Below are positions 38,534-48,026 of a DNA stretch of 64,000 nucleotides, one piece after another (the stretch's first letter is position 1; the number at the start of each line of letters is the position of its first letter). This DNA is from Nitrospirota bacterium. GTDB taxonomy: Bacteria; Nitrospirota; Thermodesulfovibrionia; UBA6902; DSMQ01. The position numbers and the translations under genes are program-made. The notes beneath the pieces were generated by a model. The model saw nothing but the letters and a program-made list of their open reading frames with translations, searched no databases and had not been told where the DNA came from. The stretch covers positions 3,760-67,759 of the forward strand of contig JACRGX010000002.1 in NCBI GenBank assembly GCA_016212185.1, given 5' to 3'.

Positions 38534-40360
38534 ATGGAAAATTTTCGCGCAAATATAATGCTATGTGCAGGGACGGGCTGCGTTGCCAGCGGAACCATGA
38601 AGGTTAAGTTCGCCCTTGAGAAAGAGCTGAAGAAAACGGGGCTTGAAAACGAAATAAAAGTAGTCCTCACCGGCTGTAACGGCTACTGCGCGCAAGGTCC
38701 TGTAATGTCGGTTTATCCTGATGACATTTTTTATCAGGCAGTTAGCGTAGATGAAATACCCAAACTGGTTGAAGAACACTTCCTTAAAGGCAGGCCGTAT
38801 GAGAAGCTGATGTTCAAGGAGCCTGAAAAAAAGTCTGCTGTCCCTTTAATGAAGGACATCCCTTTCTTTAAACATCAGGTTCTAAGGGTATTAAGGAACA
38901 AAGGGCTTATTGACCCTGAAAAAATTGAAGAGTACATTGCAAGAGACGGTTATCAGGCCGCGGCTAAGGTGCTGACACAGATGACCCCTGAGGACGTAAT
39001 AAATGTGATAAAAGATTCAGGGATAAGAGGCCGGGGCGGAGCTGGATTTCCAACAGGCATGAAATGGGAATTTTGTTCAAAGGTCAGGTCTGATGTAAAG
39101 TTCATGCTCTGCAACGGTGATGAAGGCGACCCGGGCGCATTTATGGACAGGTCTGTAATGGAGGCTGACCCGCATGCTGTTATTGAAGGCATGATTATCG
39201 GCGCAAGGGCCATCGGCTCTCATAACGGCTACATCTACGTAAGAGCTGAATACCCTCTGGCTGTGAAAAGGCTTCAGCTGGCGATAGACCAATGTTATGA
39301 GGCAGGACTCCTCGGTAAAAACATCCTTGACAGCGGTTTTGATTTTGACCTTGAGATTTATCAGGGAGCCGGGGCCTTTGTCTGCGGAGAGGAAACCGCT
39401 TTGATGCGGTCCATTGAGGGCAAGCGCGGCATGCCGAGACCACGGCCGCCCTTCCCTGCCCACAAGGGATTATGGGACAAGCCGTCAGTTTTAAACAATG
39501 TTGAAACCCTTGCGCAGATTTCCCTGATAATTATGAACGGAGCAGACTGGTATAAAAGCCTCGGCACTGAAAAAAGCACCGGGACAAAGGTTTTCGCCCT
39601 TACAGGCGCAGTTAACAATATCGGGCTTATTGAAGTGCCTATGGGCACGCCGTTGAAGACCATTATTTTTGACATAGGCGGGGGTATAAAAAAGGGAAGA
39701 AAATTCAAAGCAGTCCAGATGGGAGGACCGTCAGGAGGCTGTATCCCTGAAAGTCTGATTGACATCCCGGTCACATATGAAGATGTCGTAAAGACAGGAG
39801 CCATCATGGGCTCAGGCGGCATGGTGGTAATGGACGACAACAACTGCATGGTCAGCATTGCAAAGTTCTTCCTGGAATTCACTGCGGACGAATCCTGTGG
39901 AAAGTGCGTGCCCTGCAGGGTGGGTACCAGGATACTGCTTGATATGCTCATTGACATTACAGAAGGCAGGGGAAAAGAAAGCGATATAGAAACACTTGAG
40001 GATCTCTCGCTGGATATTATCGCTGCATCGCTTTGCGGCCTCGGACAAACAGCGCCGAATCCCATCCTCACAACAATACGGTATTTTAAAGATGAATATG
40101 AATCGCATATAAAAGATAAATGGTGCAAGGCAGGTGTGTGCCGCAGTCTCTGCACATTTATGATTGATGAAAAAACCTGCACCGGATGCGGCGCATGCAT
40201 GAGGGCCTGTCCGGCTAAGGCAATTACAGGGGAAAAGAAAAAACCTCACAATATTATGCAGGAGGTCTGCGTCCACTGCAGGAACTGTTATGAAACCTGT
40301 AAGTTTAATTCTATCCGAATACTGCCGGCAGCAGCGAGAGAAACAGTGAAGAAAGAGTAA
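38534..40360 (+). CDS. NuoF/HndC/HydB-like NAD(P)H-binding flavoprotein
   Basis: GRGGAGFPTG, GDEGDPGAFMD, GAFVCGEETAL, GGPSGG, SCGKCVPCR, two C-terminal 4Fe-4S motifs. Confidence 0.93.
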   Translation: MENFRANIMLCAGTGCVASGTMKVKFALEKELKKTGLENEIKVVLTGCNGYCAQGPVMSVYPDDIFYQAVSVDEIPKLVEEHFLKGRPYEKLMFKEPEKKSAVPLMKDIPFFKHQVLRVLRNKGLIDPEKIEEYIARDGYQAAAKVLTQMTPEDVINVIKDSGIRGRGGAGFPTGMKWEFCSKVRSDVKFMLCNGDEGDPGAFMDRSVMEADPHAVIEGMIIGARAIGSHNGYIYVRAEYPLAVKRLQLAIDQCYEAGLLGKNILDSGFDFDLEIYQGAGAFVCGEETALMRSIEGKRGMPRPRPPFPAHKGLWDKPSVLNNVETLAQISLIIMNGADWYKSLGTEKSTGTKVFALTGAVNNIGLIEVPMGTPLKTIIFDIGGGIKKGRKFKAVQMGGPSGGCIPESLIDIPVTYEDVVKTGAIMGSGGMVVMDDNNCMVSIAKFFLEFTADESCGKCVPCRVGTRILLDMLIDITEGRGKESDIETLEDLSLDIIAASLCGLGQTAPNPILTTIRYFKDEYESHIKDKWCKAGVCRSLCTFMIDEKTCTGCGACMRACPAKAITGEKKKPHNIMQEVCVHCRNCYETCKFNSIRILPAAARETVKKE

Positions 40361-40364
40361 AATC

Positions 40365-40539
40365 GGGTTAGAGGATTCAAGGATTCGAGGGTTCAAGTAA
40401 ACTATGGAATTCGTTATAAGTTATAAGTTATAAGTTATAAGTTATAGGATAACGAATAACGTAGCGCTAAAATTCACTTGAATCCTTGACCGCTTGACCC
40501 CTTGAATCCTTTGAAAGGTTTTATTATGGTAACTTTAAC
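40365..40539 (+). repeat. Outer inverted repeat, copy A (partner 56022-56183)
   Basis: Intergenic element plus the first codons of the alpha gene; aligns with the reverse complement of 56022-56183. Confidence 0.9.
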
Positions 40540-43075
40540 AATTAACGGCAAACAAATTGAAGCTGTAGAAGGCACGACCATTCTTGAGGCTGCGCTGAAA
40601 AACGGCATCAGGATTCCAAACCTCTGCTATGACAGAAGGCTCAAGCCTTATGGCGCATGCAGGTTGTGCGTTGTTGAAGTGGAAGGTCAGCCGAGGCTTT
40701 TTGCTTCATGCTCAAGCCCGGTCACTGCAGGCATGGCGGTAAAAACTGATACGCCGAAACTGAGGAAGGCGCGCCAGACAGTGCTTGAGCTCATGCTGGT
40801 GCACCATCCTCTGGACTGCCCGCTATGCGACAAGGCCGGCGAGTGCGACCTTCAGGACTTTGCATACGACTACGGTAAACCTGAAGCGCGCTTTATCAGA
40901 CACCGGAAAGAAGCGCCTCCTGATGTAAGGGGTCCACTGGTAGAGCTGACTGCAAACAGATGCATTTTATGCGGCAAATGCGTGCGGCTGTGCGATGAGC
41001 ATCAGGGCCGGGGAGCATTAGGGTTTATCGGCAGGGGATTTTCTACAGTGGTCCAGCCTGCTTTCGGCGAAATACTTGAATGCGATTACTGCGGGCAGTG
41101 CATAGATGCATGTCCTACCGGCGCGCTTCTCAGCAAACCGTATAAATTCAAGGCAAGGCCCTGGTTCCTTGATGAAAAAGATACCATATGCCCGTTCTGC
41201 GGCTGCGGCTGCACCCTGACTCTCGGAATTCGGGATGGAGAAATATTAAGGTCACGGGGAGTAGAAGGCAGGGGACAAAGCAAAGGCAATCTCTGCGGCA
41301 GGGGCAGATTCGGCTTTGATTACATTTACAGCAAAAACCGCCTGAAGACCCCGCTGATTAGAATAAAGGATAAAAAAGAGGGTTCAAGGATTCAAGGATT
41401 CAAGGATTCAAGTGAAAAACTCGACCCCTCGACCCCTCGACCCCTCGACCCCTTTCCAAGTTTTAGAGAGGCTTCCTGGACTGAGGCGTTGAATTACATC
41501 AGCGAAAACCTCCGGTCTATTTCAGAACAACACGGGCCGTCTTCCATAGGCGCCATAGGCTCGCACAGATGCGCTAATGAAGATAATCATATGCTGCAAA
41601 AATTCATGAAGCACATTATCGGCTCAAACAATATTGACTCATCGGCAGCCTTTGGCTATGCAGTTGTTGAAAAGGCATGGGAAACGGCCTTCGGTCAAAA
41701 ATGCCACAGCATTAACCTTAAATCCCCGCTTGATAAAGAAGCCATTCTGATAGTTGAATCCGACCTGACTGTTACGCATCCGGTATTCGGGCTGAATATC
41801 TTACAGGCCAAAAGGGAAGGTTCAAAGCTTATTGTTGCCGACAGTAGGGAAACAAAACTTACAAGACACAGCTCGCAGAAGCTCAGGATAAAACCCGGGA
41901 CAGGCATAGCCCTGCTTAACGGAATAATGAAAATTATAATGGACAAAGAGCTCTTTGATAAAGAAAAGGTATCGGGTATTGCAGGTTTCTCAGCGCTTCA
42001 GACATTATTAGATGATTACACCACTGAGAAGGTCTGCAGGATTACCGGATTAACAGAAGCAGAGCTGACAGCAGCCTCTGAAACATATGCCCGCGCCAAA
42101 AGCAGAATGATTTCCCTCACAATAAGCGCTTCGGAGAACACCAAAGGCATGGATACCGTTCTTGCCGCTGCCAATCTTATCTTACTGCTTGGCGACAGCC
42201 ACAGCTCGCTTCAAATACCTGCGGAATATTCAAACAGCTTCGGCGCATATCACCTTTTGAACGGTTTAAACAATTCAAGCACAGGAAAAGATATTTTTGA
42301 AATGCTTTATAACCCGGACTCTATCAGGGCATTATATATCATGGGAGAAGACCCTGCGCTCAACTTCCCGGACACCTCAAGTATAATAAATAAGTTGAAG
42401 TCTTTGGATTTTCTGATTGTTCAGGACATAGCGCTTACTGAAACCGCAAAATTAGCGCATGTAGTCCTGCCTGCGTCAAGCTGGGCTGAAAAAGACGGAA
42501 CATTCACCAATGCCGAAGGGCTTAACCAGCGGCTGCAAAAAGTAATTGACACGGCAGAACAGCCTCTTCCTGACTGGAGGATATTGAAGGACCTTGCTTT
42601 ATGCATGGGGAAAGACACAGGCATAAGAAACATTGAAGATATTACCAAAGAAATAACTTCATCCTTCAACCCTCAACCTTCAACCCTCAACCCTCAACCT
42701 TGTTTTAGTCCGGTTAGTTACGCCCCTGCCGAAAAATCAGACAGTTATCCCATATCCCTGATACTCAGGGATATTCTTCAGCACTCAGGGAGCATGTCTG
42801 CACGGTCAAAATCACTGGACCTGGTGGCATCCGAGGCAATTCTTGAGATAAATGAAGAAGATGCCAAAAAACTCGGCATCACAGACAACAGTCATGTAAA
42901 AGTAAGTTCAAGCCGTACCAGTGTTTATCTTAAGGCAATGGTTTCCGACGAAATCCCGGAAGGCGCAGTGTTTGTCTCTGCACATTTTCCCCATGCAAAA
43001 ATAAACACCCTGACCTCTCCCTTCTTAAACGGCATGCCCTCTATCACCATGGTAAATATAGAAGCCGTGAAGTAA
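40526..43075 (+). CDS. NuoG/FDH-alpha-like Fe-S molybdopterin-fold subunit lacking the catalytic Cys/Sec
   Basis: GACRLC, HPLDCPLCDKAGEC, CILCGKC, CDYCGQC, CPFCGCGC. NNIDSSAAFGY replaces NNVDHCARxUH. Confidence 0.85.
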   Translation: MVTLTINGKQIEAVEGTTILEAALKNGIRIPNLCYDRRLKPYGACRLCVVEVEGQPRLFASCSSPVTAGMAVKTDTPKLRKARQTVLELMLVHHPLDCPLCDKAGECDLQDFAYDYGKPEARFIRHRKEAPPDVRGPLVELTANRCILCGKCVRLCDEHQGRGALGFIGRGFSTVVQPAFGEILECDYCGQCIDACPTGALLSKPYKFKARPWFLDEKDTICPFCGCGCTLTLGIRDGEILRSRGVEGRGQSKGNLCGRGRFGFDYIYSKNRLKTPLIRIKDKKEGSRIQGFKDSSEKLDPSTPRPLDPFPSFREASWTEALNYISENLRSISEQHGPSSIGAIGSHRCANEDNHMLQKFMKHIIGSNNIDSSAAFGYAVVEKAWETAFGQKCHSINLKSPLDKEAILIVESDLTVTHPVFGLNILQAKREGSKLIVADSRETKLTRHSSQKLRIKPGTGIALLNGIMKIIMDKELFDKEKVSGIAGFSALQTLLDDYTTEKVCRITGLTEAELTAASETYARAKSRMISLTISASENTKGMDTVLAAANLILLLGDSHSSLQIPAEYSNSFGAYHLLNGLNNSSTGKDIFEMLYNPDSIRALYIMGEDPALNFPDTSSIINKLKSLDFLIVQDIALTETAKLAHVVLPASSWAEKDGTFTNAEGLNQRLQKVIDTAEQPLPDWRILKDLALCMGKDTGIRNIEDITKEITSSFNPQPSTLNPQPCFSPVSYAPAEKSDSYPISLILRDILQHSGSMSARSKSLDLVASEAILEINEEDAKKLGITDNSHVKVSSSRTSVYLKAMVSDEIPEGAVFVSAHFPHAKINTLTSPFLNGMPSITMVNIEAVK
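41360..41479 (+). repeat. Inner inverted repeat, copy A (in-frame insertion; partner 55085-55204)
   Basis: 120 bp; I count 3 mismatches to the reverse complement of 55085-55204. Confidence 0.93.
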
Positions 43076-43088
43076 AAGTTAAAAACAC

Positions 43089-43117
43089 TTGACACTACCG
43101 GTAAAATTTTATATAGT
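43089..43117 (+). promoter_or_regulatory. Sigma70-type promoter of the cytochrome c gene
   Basis: TTGACA-17-TATAGT. Confidence 0.65.
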
Positions 43118-43159
43118 TTCAAAACGGCAAATAACCATATCTTATCGGGGGGGGATAAA

Positions 43160-43903
43160 ATGAAAAAAATAATCCTGTCTTGTTTTTGTTGTTCAGTACT
43201 CTTTATTCTGTCAGCAATCACTTCATCATCATCTGCCAGCGAGATAGATAAGCTGACCGGATGGAAATTTGCACAGCTTGCCAAGGGAGGCGTTTTATAC
43301 GACAACTGGCCCGCAGAACTCAGGGTAAAGATTGATAAGACACACCCCGCCTACCCTGCCGAAGGAAAAATTAAAGGCTTGGATACATGGCGCTGTAAGG
43401 AATGTCACGGCTGGGACTATAAAGGCAAGGCAGGCATTTATTCAAGCGGCGAGCATTATACAGGCATCGGAGGCATCAGGGCTTATGCCAATCAGGATCC
43501 GGTGGAAATAGTAAAAATACTTAAGAATAAAACCCATGCTCTTGGAAATATGATAGGAGAAAGTGATCTGGAAGCCCTGTCACTGTTTGTCTCCTTCGGG
43601 CAGATAGACATGGACCTCTACCTTGACCGTACAACAAAAAAGGTTATCGGCGAGCCTGCAAACGGCGCAAGGATATATCTGACCACATGCATAAAATGCC
43701 ACGGCGATGACGGCAAGGCAATAAATCACGGTACTATGCAAAACCCCATATATGTTGGAACGTCTGCAAATAAAAACCCGTGGGAAACCATTCACAAAAT
43801 CCGGTGGGGACATCCCGGAACCCAGATGATCTCCCTGCTCTTCTTAGGGCTGAAGGACCAGCTTGACGTCCTCTCCTTCTGCAAAACACTGCCGGAAGAA
43901 TAA
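43160..43903 (+). CDS. Periplasmic diheme c-type cytochrome
   Basis: Signal peptide; CKECH and CIKCH heme motifs. Confidence 0.85.
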   Translation: MKKIILSCFCCSVLFILSAITSSSSASEIDKLTGWKFAQLAKGGVLYDNWPAELRVKIDKTHPAYPAEGKIKGLDTWRCKECHGWDYKGKAGIYSSGEHYTGIGGIRAYANQDPVEIVKILKNKTHALGNMIGESDLEALSLFVSFGQIDMDLYLDRTTKKVIGEPANGARIYLTTCIKCHGDDGKAINHGTMQNPIYVGTSANKNPWETIHKIRWGHPGTQMISLLFLGLKDQLDVLSFCKTLPEE

Positions 43904-44150
43904 GAGAGGGAGATAAAAAACTGTTCAACAGCCTTAAGCAGGATTTCAGTTTTGTAAAATGGATTGGGAACTATCCCGGCATATAGGAATAAAAGCCAAG
44001 CAGACAGGCTCTTAACTTTCAGCTTTTAATTCTTAACTGTCTTTTCCCCTTTACTACTTGCTACTCTCTACTTTTTTTCACCCATCACGCGTTACGTATC
44101 TTTTTTTTCTTAATTCTTTAACTCTTAACTCCCAACTTTTAACTTTCTTT

Positions 44151-46781
44151 TTACTCTCCTGTCACCGTAAAATTCCCGCTGGTTACAGCCTTAGACAGCG
44201 CATTGTAATAAAGCGTTCCGTCAGATTTTTTAATCTGCACGCCTATTGCATCAGGACTGCCATCTGTTATTGTAGCTGTAAATGTATATCCGGCAGTTCC
44301 ATTCACAGTCCCTGTGCCTGTAACTGCTGCAATGCCGTTTGAAACCGTAATGCCGCTTATTGCCGTGCTCGCAAAATTCATCCTTGTCCGGGTGTAGTAG
44401 TACCTCACATAGCTCGTTCCAAGGGATGAGGCATTTACATTGACAGCTAACGTCGCTCTGAAGAATGGGATAGGGTAGTTATAAGCATTGCCTGAAACGG
44501 ATAGGACAGGCGTTGCAGGGTTGCAGTCATCGTCTATGTTGTTGTTTGGTATTTCGGCTGCTCCGGGATTTATTGATGGGTTGCTGTCATTACAATCCAC
44601 GGGACCAAAGCCGTCTTCTATGGCATACCCATCCCCATCATTGTCTGTGTATGTAGGCGGCAAACGCCATGTTCCGTGCGAGGAGCCGACATACACATAT
44701 CCATTGTGTGGGTTTACTGATATTGACCATGGCGTAAATTCTGGACCAAGGTTATATGTAATATTCTCCCATGTGTCCCCATAATTTATTGATCTAAAAA
44801 TTCCATTAGAATGCCCATAAAAATTTATCCATTTCCCAGCGTAAACAACATTTGGATGTTTTGGGTCTACTGTTATATATCGTGTACTGCATGTTCCAAA
44901 AGCGTCAGTTTCTAAGTTGCCTTCGCCTCCGCATGTTTTTAAATCCCATGTCGACCCATTCCAGATATGTACTCCTTCCCATAGTCCTGTCACATAAATT
45001 CTGTCTGGATTTTTAGGATCTATAAAAATTTCTCCGGGCCCTGAGGTGCCTATATCAACAGAGTCGTATGAAATCCAATTAGTTCCACCATCAGTTGATT
45101 TCGATAATGTTAAGATAAAACCATTCATGTCTGCAGCATAAATTATATTTTCATCACTTGCATCGCCCTGAAACATAGCAACAACTTTTTTAGAAAGCTC
45201 ACTCCAATTGTTACCTTTGTCAGTGCTCTTATATTTACCCGCGTAAACAATGTTTGGGTTCTGTGGATGGAAAGCAATAAAATTATAATTATCTTCAGTG
45301 TATTGTTTACCATTAGTTCCATCCATTAATGTCCAGTTTTGTCCCCCGTCCTGCGTTACGGCAATTACCTGATTAGTCCACCCGCCTACTGCGGTTACAA
45401 TTACGTTGGAATTAGGAGTAGGGTCAAGTGCACCTACCGGTGTTGTCCTAACACCGGTATAACGTGGTATTTTTAGATTTTTGAATGTTGAACCCCCATC
45501 TTCTGTGAGTACAGGACCGAAATCCATTAAAAATAATGCAAACCTATTGGGGTTGTTAGAGTCCCAACTAAAAGAAGTTGAGCTAACCCCTGCCCTTCCC
45601 CCTGTATAACCGTTTCCAGAATATGTCCAGGTATCTCCTCCATTGGTAGTTTTCTCAAGATGATTTCCGGCTCCAGAGGTTATTGCGATTTTTTCATTGT
45701 CTGGATTGATACCCGGATGGGTTGCAATTGGTGTACTATAATATTCCCCACCTTGTGAATCATTTACTTCATAAATTAAACTGCCGTTATCCATTGTAGA
45801 GGGTTTATACCAATTCTCTCCACCATTATGTGTATAATATGGGTGATTTCCCCCTAACATATAAAAACTTACATAAAGATAGTTGGGATCCTTAGAACTC
45901 ATTGCCAAATAGGTGGCTTTCTTGCCCTGATTCACAGGAGATAACCCAGTGTTCTTAGGGCTGAAACTATTACCACCATCAGTGGATTTATAAACTCCCT
46001 TTGTTCCAACTGTGACATAAATAATATTAGGATTATTGGGATTCACTACTATCGCCCTTGGAAAATCATCTATTGGGAGATCAGTTCCTATCGGTTCAAG
46101 AGTTACTGTTCCATTGTCAGTTACTTTGTAAAGTCCATTCTCGGTAGCTAAAAATATAATAGAGGAGTTCTGGGGATTTACCTTTACATCCAATATTTTT
46201 GTTCCTGATAATATATTTAATGGACTCCATGTGTCTCCTCCATCTATGGATTTTAATAGTCCTTCCTCATGAGTGCCAGCATAAATAGTATTTGCTCCTG
46301 CAAAGGCAAAATTAACCCCACCTTTTTTGGCTCCTAAACTATAAAAATGAGTTGGATAAACCCTATTCCAACTTTCTCCTCCATCTTGTGTTCTGTATAT
46401 GCCGTCTGCAATTTCATTTGATTCTGTTTGGTAACTTGAGCCGGCTACAAAGACAATATTTTCATTGTTTGGATGAACAGCTAAAGAGATTCCTCCATTT
46501 GCTAAAAATCCTTTATGCTTCATTTGCCATGTATTACCCCCATCCTTGCTTTTCCATACCTGGGATGTGTTTGACACTAAATATAAAATATAAGGATTTG
46601 ATGGTGCGTAACTAAGTCCCCAAACCATCTGCATACCCTCTCCACCAGACATCCCCTCATTTTCTTGTGCTTGAGTACGCAGAGGCACCTGTTGCCAAGT
46701 TTGAGACGCAGCTTCCACTTTTGCATACAAAGCTGTCATAAAAATGATTAATAAGAATAAGCTGTAAACAGTTTTTTTCAT
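44151..46781 (-). CDS. Secreted BNR/Asp-box beta-propeller protein (sortilin/GH74-like fold) with a MopE-like acidic repeat
   Basis: Signal peptide; about 10 SxDGGxTW-type repeats; DNDGDGY...DCNDSNPSINPGAAE. Confidence 0.75.
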   Translation of the reverse strand: MKKTVYSLFLLIIFMTALYAKVEAASQTWQQVPLRTQAQENEGMSGGEGMQMVWGLSYAPSNPYILYLVSNTSQVWKSKDGGNTWQMKHKGFLANGGISLAVHPNNENIVFVAGSSYQTESNEIADGIYRTQDGGESWNRVYPTHFYSLGAKKGGVNFAFAGANTIYAGTHEEGLLKSIDGGDTWSPLNILSGTKILDVKVNPQNSSIIFLATENGLYKVTDNGTVTLEPIGTDLPIDDFPRAIVVNPNNPNIIYVTVGTKGVYKSTDGGNSFSPKNTGLSPVNQGKKATYLAMSSKDPNYLYVSFYMLGGNHPYYTHNGGENWYKPSTMDNGSLIYEVNDSQGGEYYSTPIATHPGINPDNEKIAITSGAGNHLEKTTNGGDTWTYSGNGYTGGRAGVSSTSFSWDSNNPNRFALFLMDFGPVLTEDGGSTFKNLKIPRYTGVRTTPVGALDPTPNSNVIVTAVGGWTNQVIAVTQDGGQNWTLMDGTNGKQYTEDNYNFIAFHPQNPNIVYAGKYKSTDKGNNWSELSKKVVAMFQGDASDENIIYAADMNGFILTLSKSTDGGTNWISYDSVDIGTSGPGEIFIDPKNPDRIYVTGLWEGVHIWNGSTWDLKTCGGEGNLETDAFGTCSTRYITVDPKHPNVVYAGKWINFYGHSNGIFRSINYGDTWENITYNLGPEFTPWSISVNPHNGYVYVGSSHGTWRLPPTYTDNDGDGYAIEDGFGPVDCNDSNPSINPGAAEIPNNNIDDDCNPATPVLSVSGNAYNYPIPFFRATLAVNVNASSLGTSYVRYYYTRTRMNFASTAISGITVSNGIAAVTGTGTVNGTAGYTFTATITDGSPDAIGVQIKKSDGTLYYNALSKAVTSGNFTVTGE

Positions 46782-46827
46782 AATCTGTCTCCTTGTCAAA
46801 TTGATTTCTCTGGTTTTTAAATTTGGA

Positions 46828-46960
46828 TGGGGTCAGGTCTTCATTCTTCACTTAGCCCTCTCCAAAACAAATAAATATAACGATTCCATTTTTTCTTTTC
46901 ATCTTTATAAACCCTTTCTTCATCTTCTCTCTATATTTTTGACAGAAAAATTATTTATAT
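46828..46960. repeat. ~135-bp dispersed repeat, copy 2
   Basis: Matches 35388-35527. Confidence 0.8.
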
Positions 46961-47006
46961 GGTAAAGTTGAGTAAATAGTTTTCTAAAATAGGAGATTTT
47001 ATAAAA

Positions 47007-47201
47007 TTGCACGCGATAATTGAACAAGATGAAGCAGGTTATTATGTAGCCGAAGTGCCGGCGCTTCCGGGGTGTCTTTCTCAGGGGAAAACTTATGAAG
47101 AAGCCATTGCCAATATCAAAGAAGCTATTGAGGGTTGGTTTGAGGTAATGGAATCTAAACAAGTCATTGATTCTTCCCGTCTTATTGAAGTTGCTGTTTG
47201 A
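47007..47201 (+). CDS. hicB: HicB-like antitoxin
   Basis: YVAEVPALPGCLSQGKTYEEAIANIKEAI. Confidence 0.88.
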   Translation: MHAIIEQDEAGYYVAEVPALPGCLSQGKTYEEAIANIKEAIEGWFEVMESKQVIDSSRLIEVAV

Positions 47202-47428
47202 TGAGTAAAAAAAATTTAAAACTCTGCTCAGGTGCAGAAGCAGTCCGAAAATTCCAGGAAGCAAGCTGGACTGCTGTCCGGCAAAAAGGCTCCTATGTAA
47301 TGATGACAAAACCCGGCTATCAGTGGACATTATCCATTCCTCAGCATAAAGAACTCGGTCCCGGACTGCTCCGCAAACTGATAAATCAAGCTGGACTTAC
47401 CGTAGAAAAATTTAATAATTTGCAGTAA
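47198..47428 (+). CDS. hicA: HicA-like toxin with GSH changed to GSY
   Basis: RQKGSY...SIPQHKELGPGLLRKLINQAGL. Confidence 0.82.
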   Translation: MMSKKNLKLCSGAEAVRKFQEASWTAVRQKGSYVMMTKPGYQWTLSIPQHKELGPGLLRKLINQAGLTVEKFNNLQ

Positions 47429-47610
47429 AGAAAAAAAGGGGTTATTTTCTTGCTTTTCATCTTTCCAAATCCCCTTATCCCCTGCAATCTTTATATATAT
47501 TCATAACCATCCTAATGGTTGCTCTTATATTGGAATTTTTATCCTGAAAATCTTCTGGATTCCGTGTCAAGCACGGAATGACAAAGACTTTAAAAATCTC
47601 CTCAAAAAAC

Positions 47611-47653
47611 AAAAAAGCTGAGCATGCCAAAGGTTTTTCCTTGGCAGCTCAGC
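47611..47653 (-). terminator. Riboswitch expression-platform terminator
   Basis: GCTGAGCTGCCAAGG...CCTTTGGCATGCTCAGC followed by TTTTTT (minus strand). Confidence 0.8.
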
Positions 47654-47722
47654 CATGCCGGTTCTCCGGTATCTGGTGCTTTCCGCCTCCCGATTACTCA
47701 GGATTTGGCTTTATCTGGAAAA
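47635..47722 (-). ncRNA. Cyclic di-GMP-I (GEMM) riboswitch
   Basis: Minus strand: UUUUCCAGAUAAAG-CCAAA-UCCUGA-GUAA-UCGGGA-GGCGGAAAGC...GCUGCCAAGGAAAA. P1 UUUUCC/GGAAAA, GNRA loop on P2, overlapping terminator. Confidence 0.82.
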
Positions 47723-48026
47723 TTATTATACAATTTAACATTTACACAAAGTTACAAACCCTGTCAAGAAAATTTAATAAATTTTATAGATGCTATAAGA
47801 ATTTTTTATAGTTGGATTGATATAAATCCAGTAGCATAACTTCTGAATTCCCGCCTGTCCGGCAGGCAGGTTTTCGCGGGAATTAACACAATCCCGAAGT
47901 GCCGGGAACACAAAGGGAGTATAAAAATACACCCTCCCCTTCATCCCCTCCTCTACTAGCCAGTGACCGTCCCGAAACGGGTCTCCGCGCAGGGTCGCTC
48001 CGACAAGGGAGGGGAGATATCTTCCC

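Noticed and set aside
39361..40200. 279-aa antisense ORF, and similar ones opposite hppA, qmoB and the second nuoF
   Set aside because: Shadow frames of well-conserved genes with no independent motifs.
40406..40446. (GTTATAA)5 and other tandem arrays as a CRISPR array
   Set aside because: Units are 7-8 nt with no unique spacers, and no cas genes are present.
38534..43075. Respiratory complex I nuoEFG or an [FeFe]-hydrogenase
   Set aside because: No membrane nuo genes nearby and no H-cluster motifs; the architecture fits a soluble HydABC/Fdh-type complex.
47700..47715. Riboswitch as the cyclic AMP-GMP-sensing variant
   Set aside because: The discriminating position reads G rather than A in my manual alignment; not excluded without an assay.
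47578..47839. Short plus-strand ORFs of 77 and 71 aa
   Set aside because: They overlap the minus-strand riboswitch and its promoter and have no protein features.
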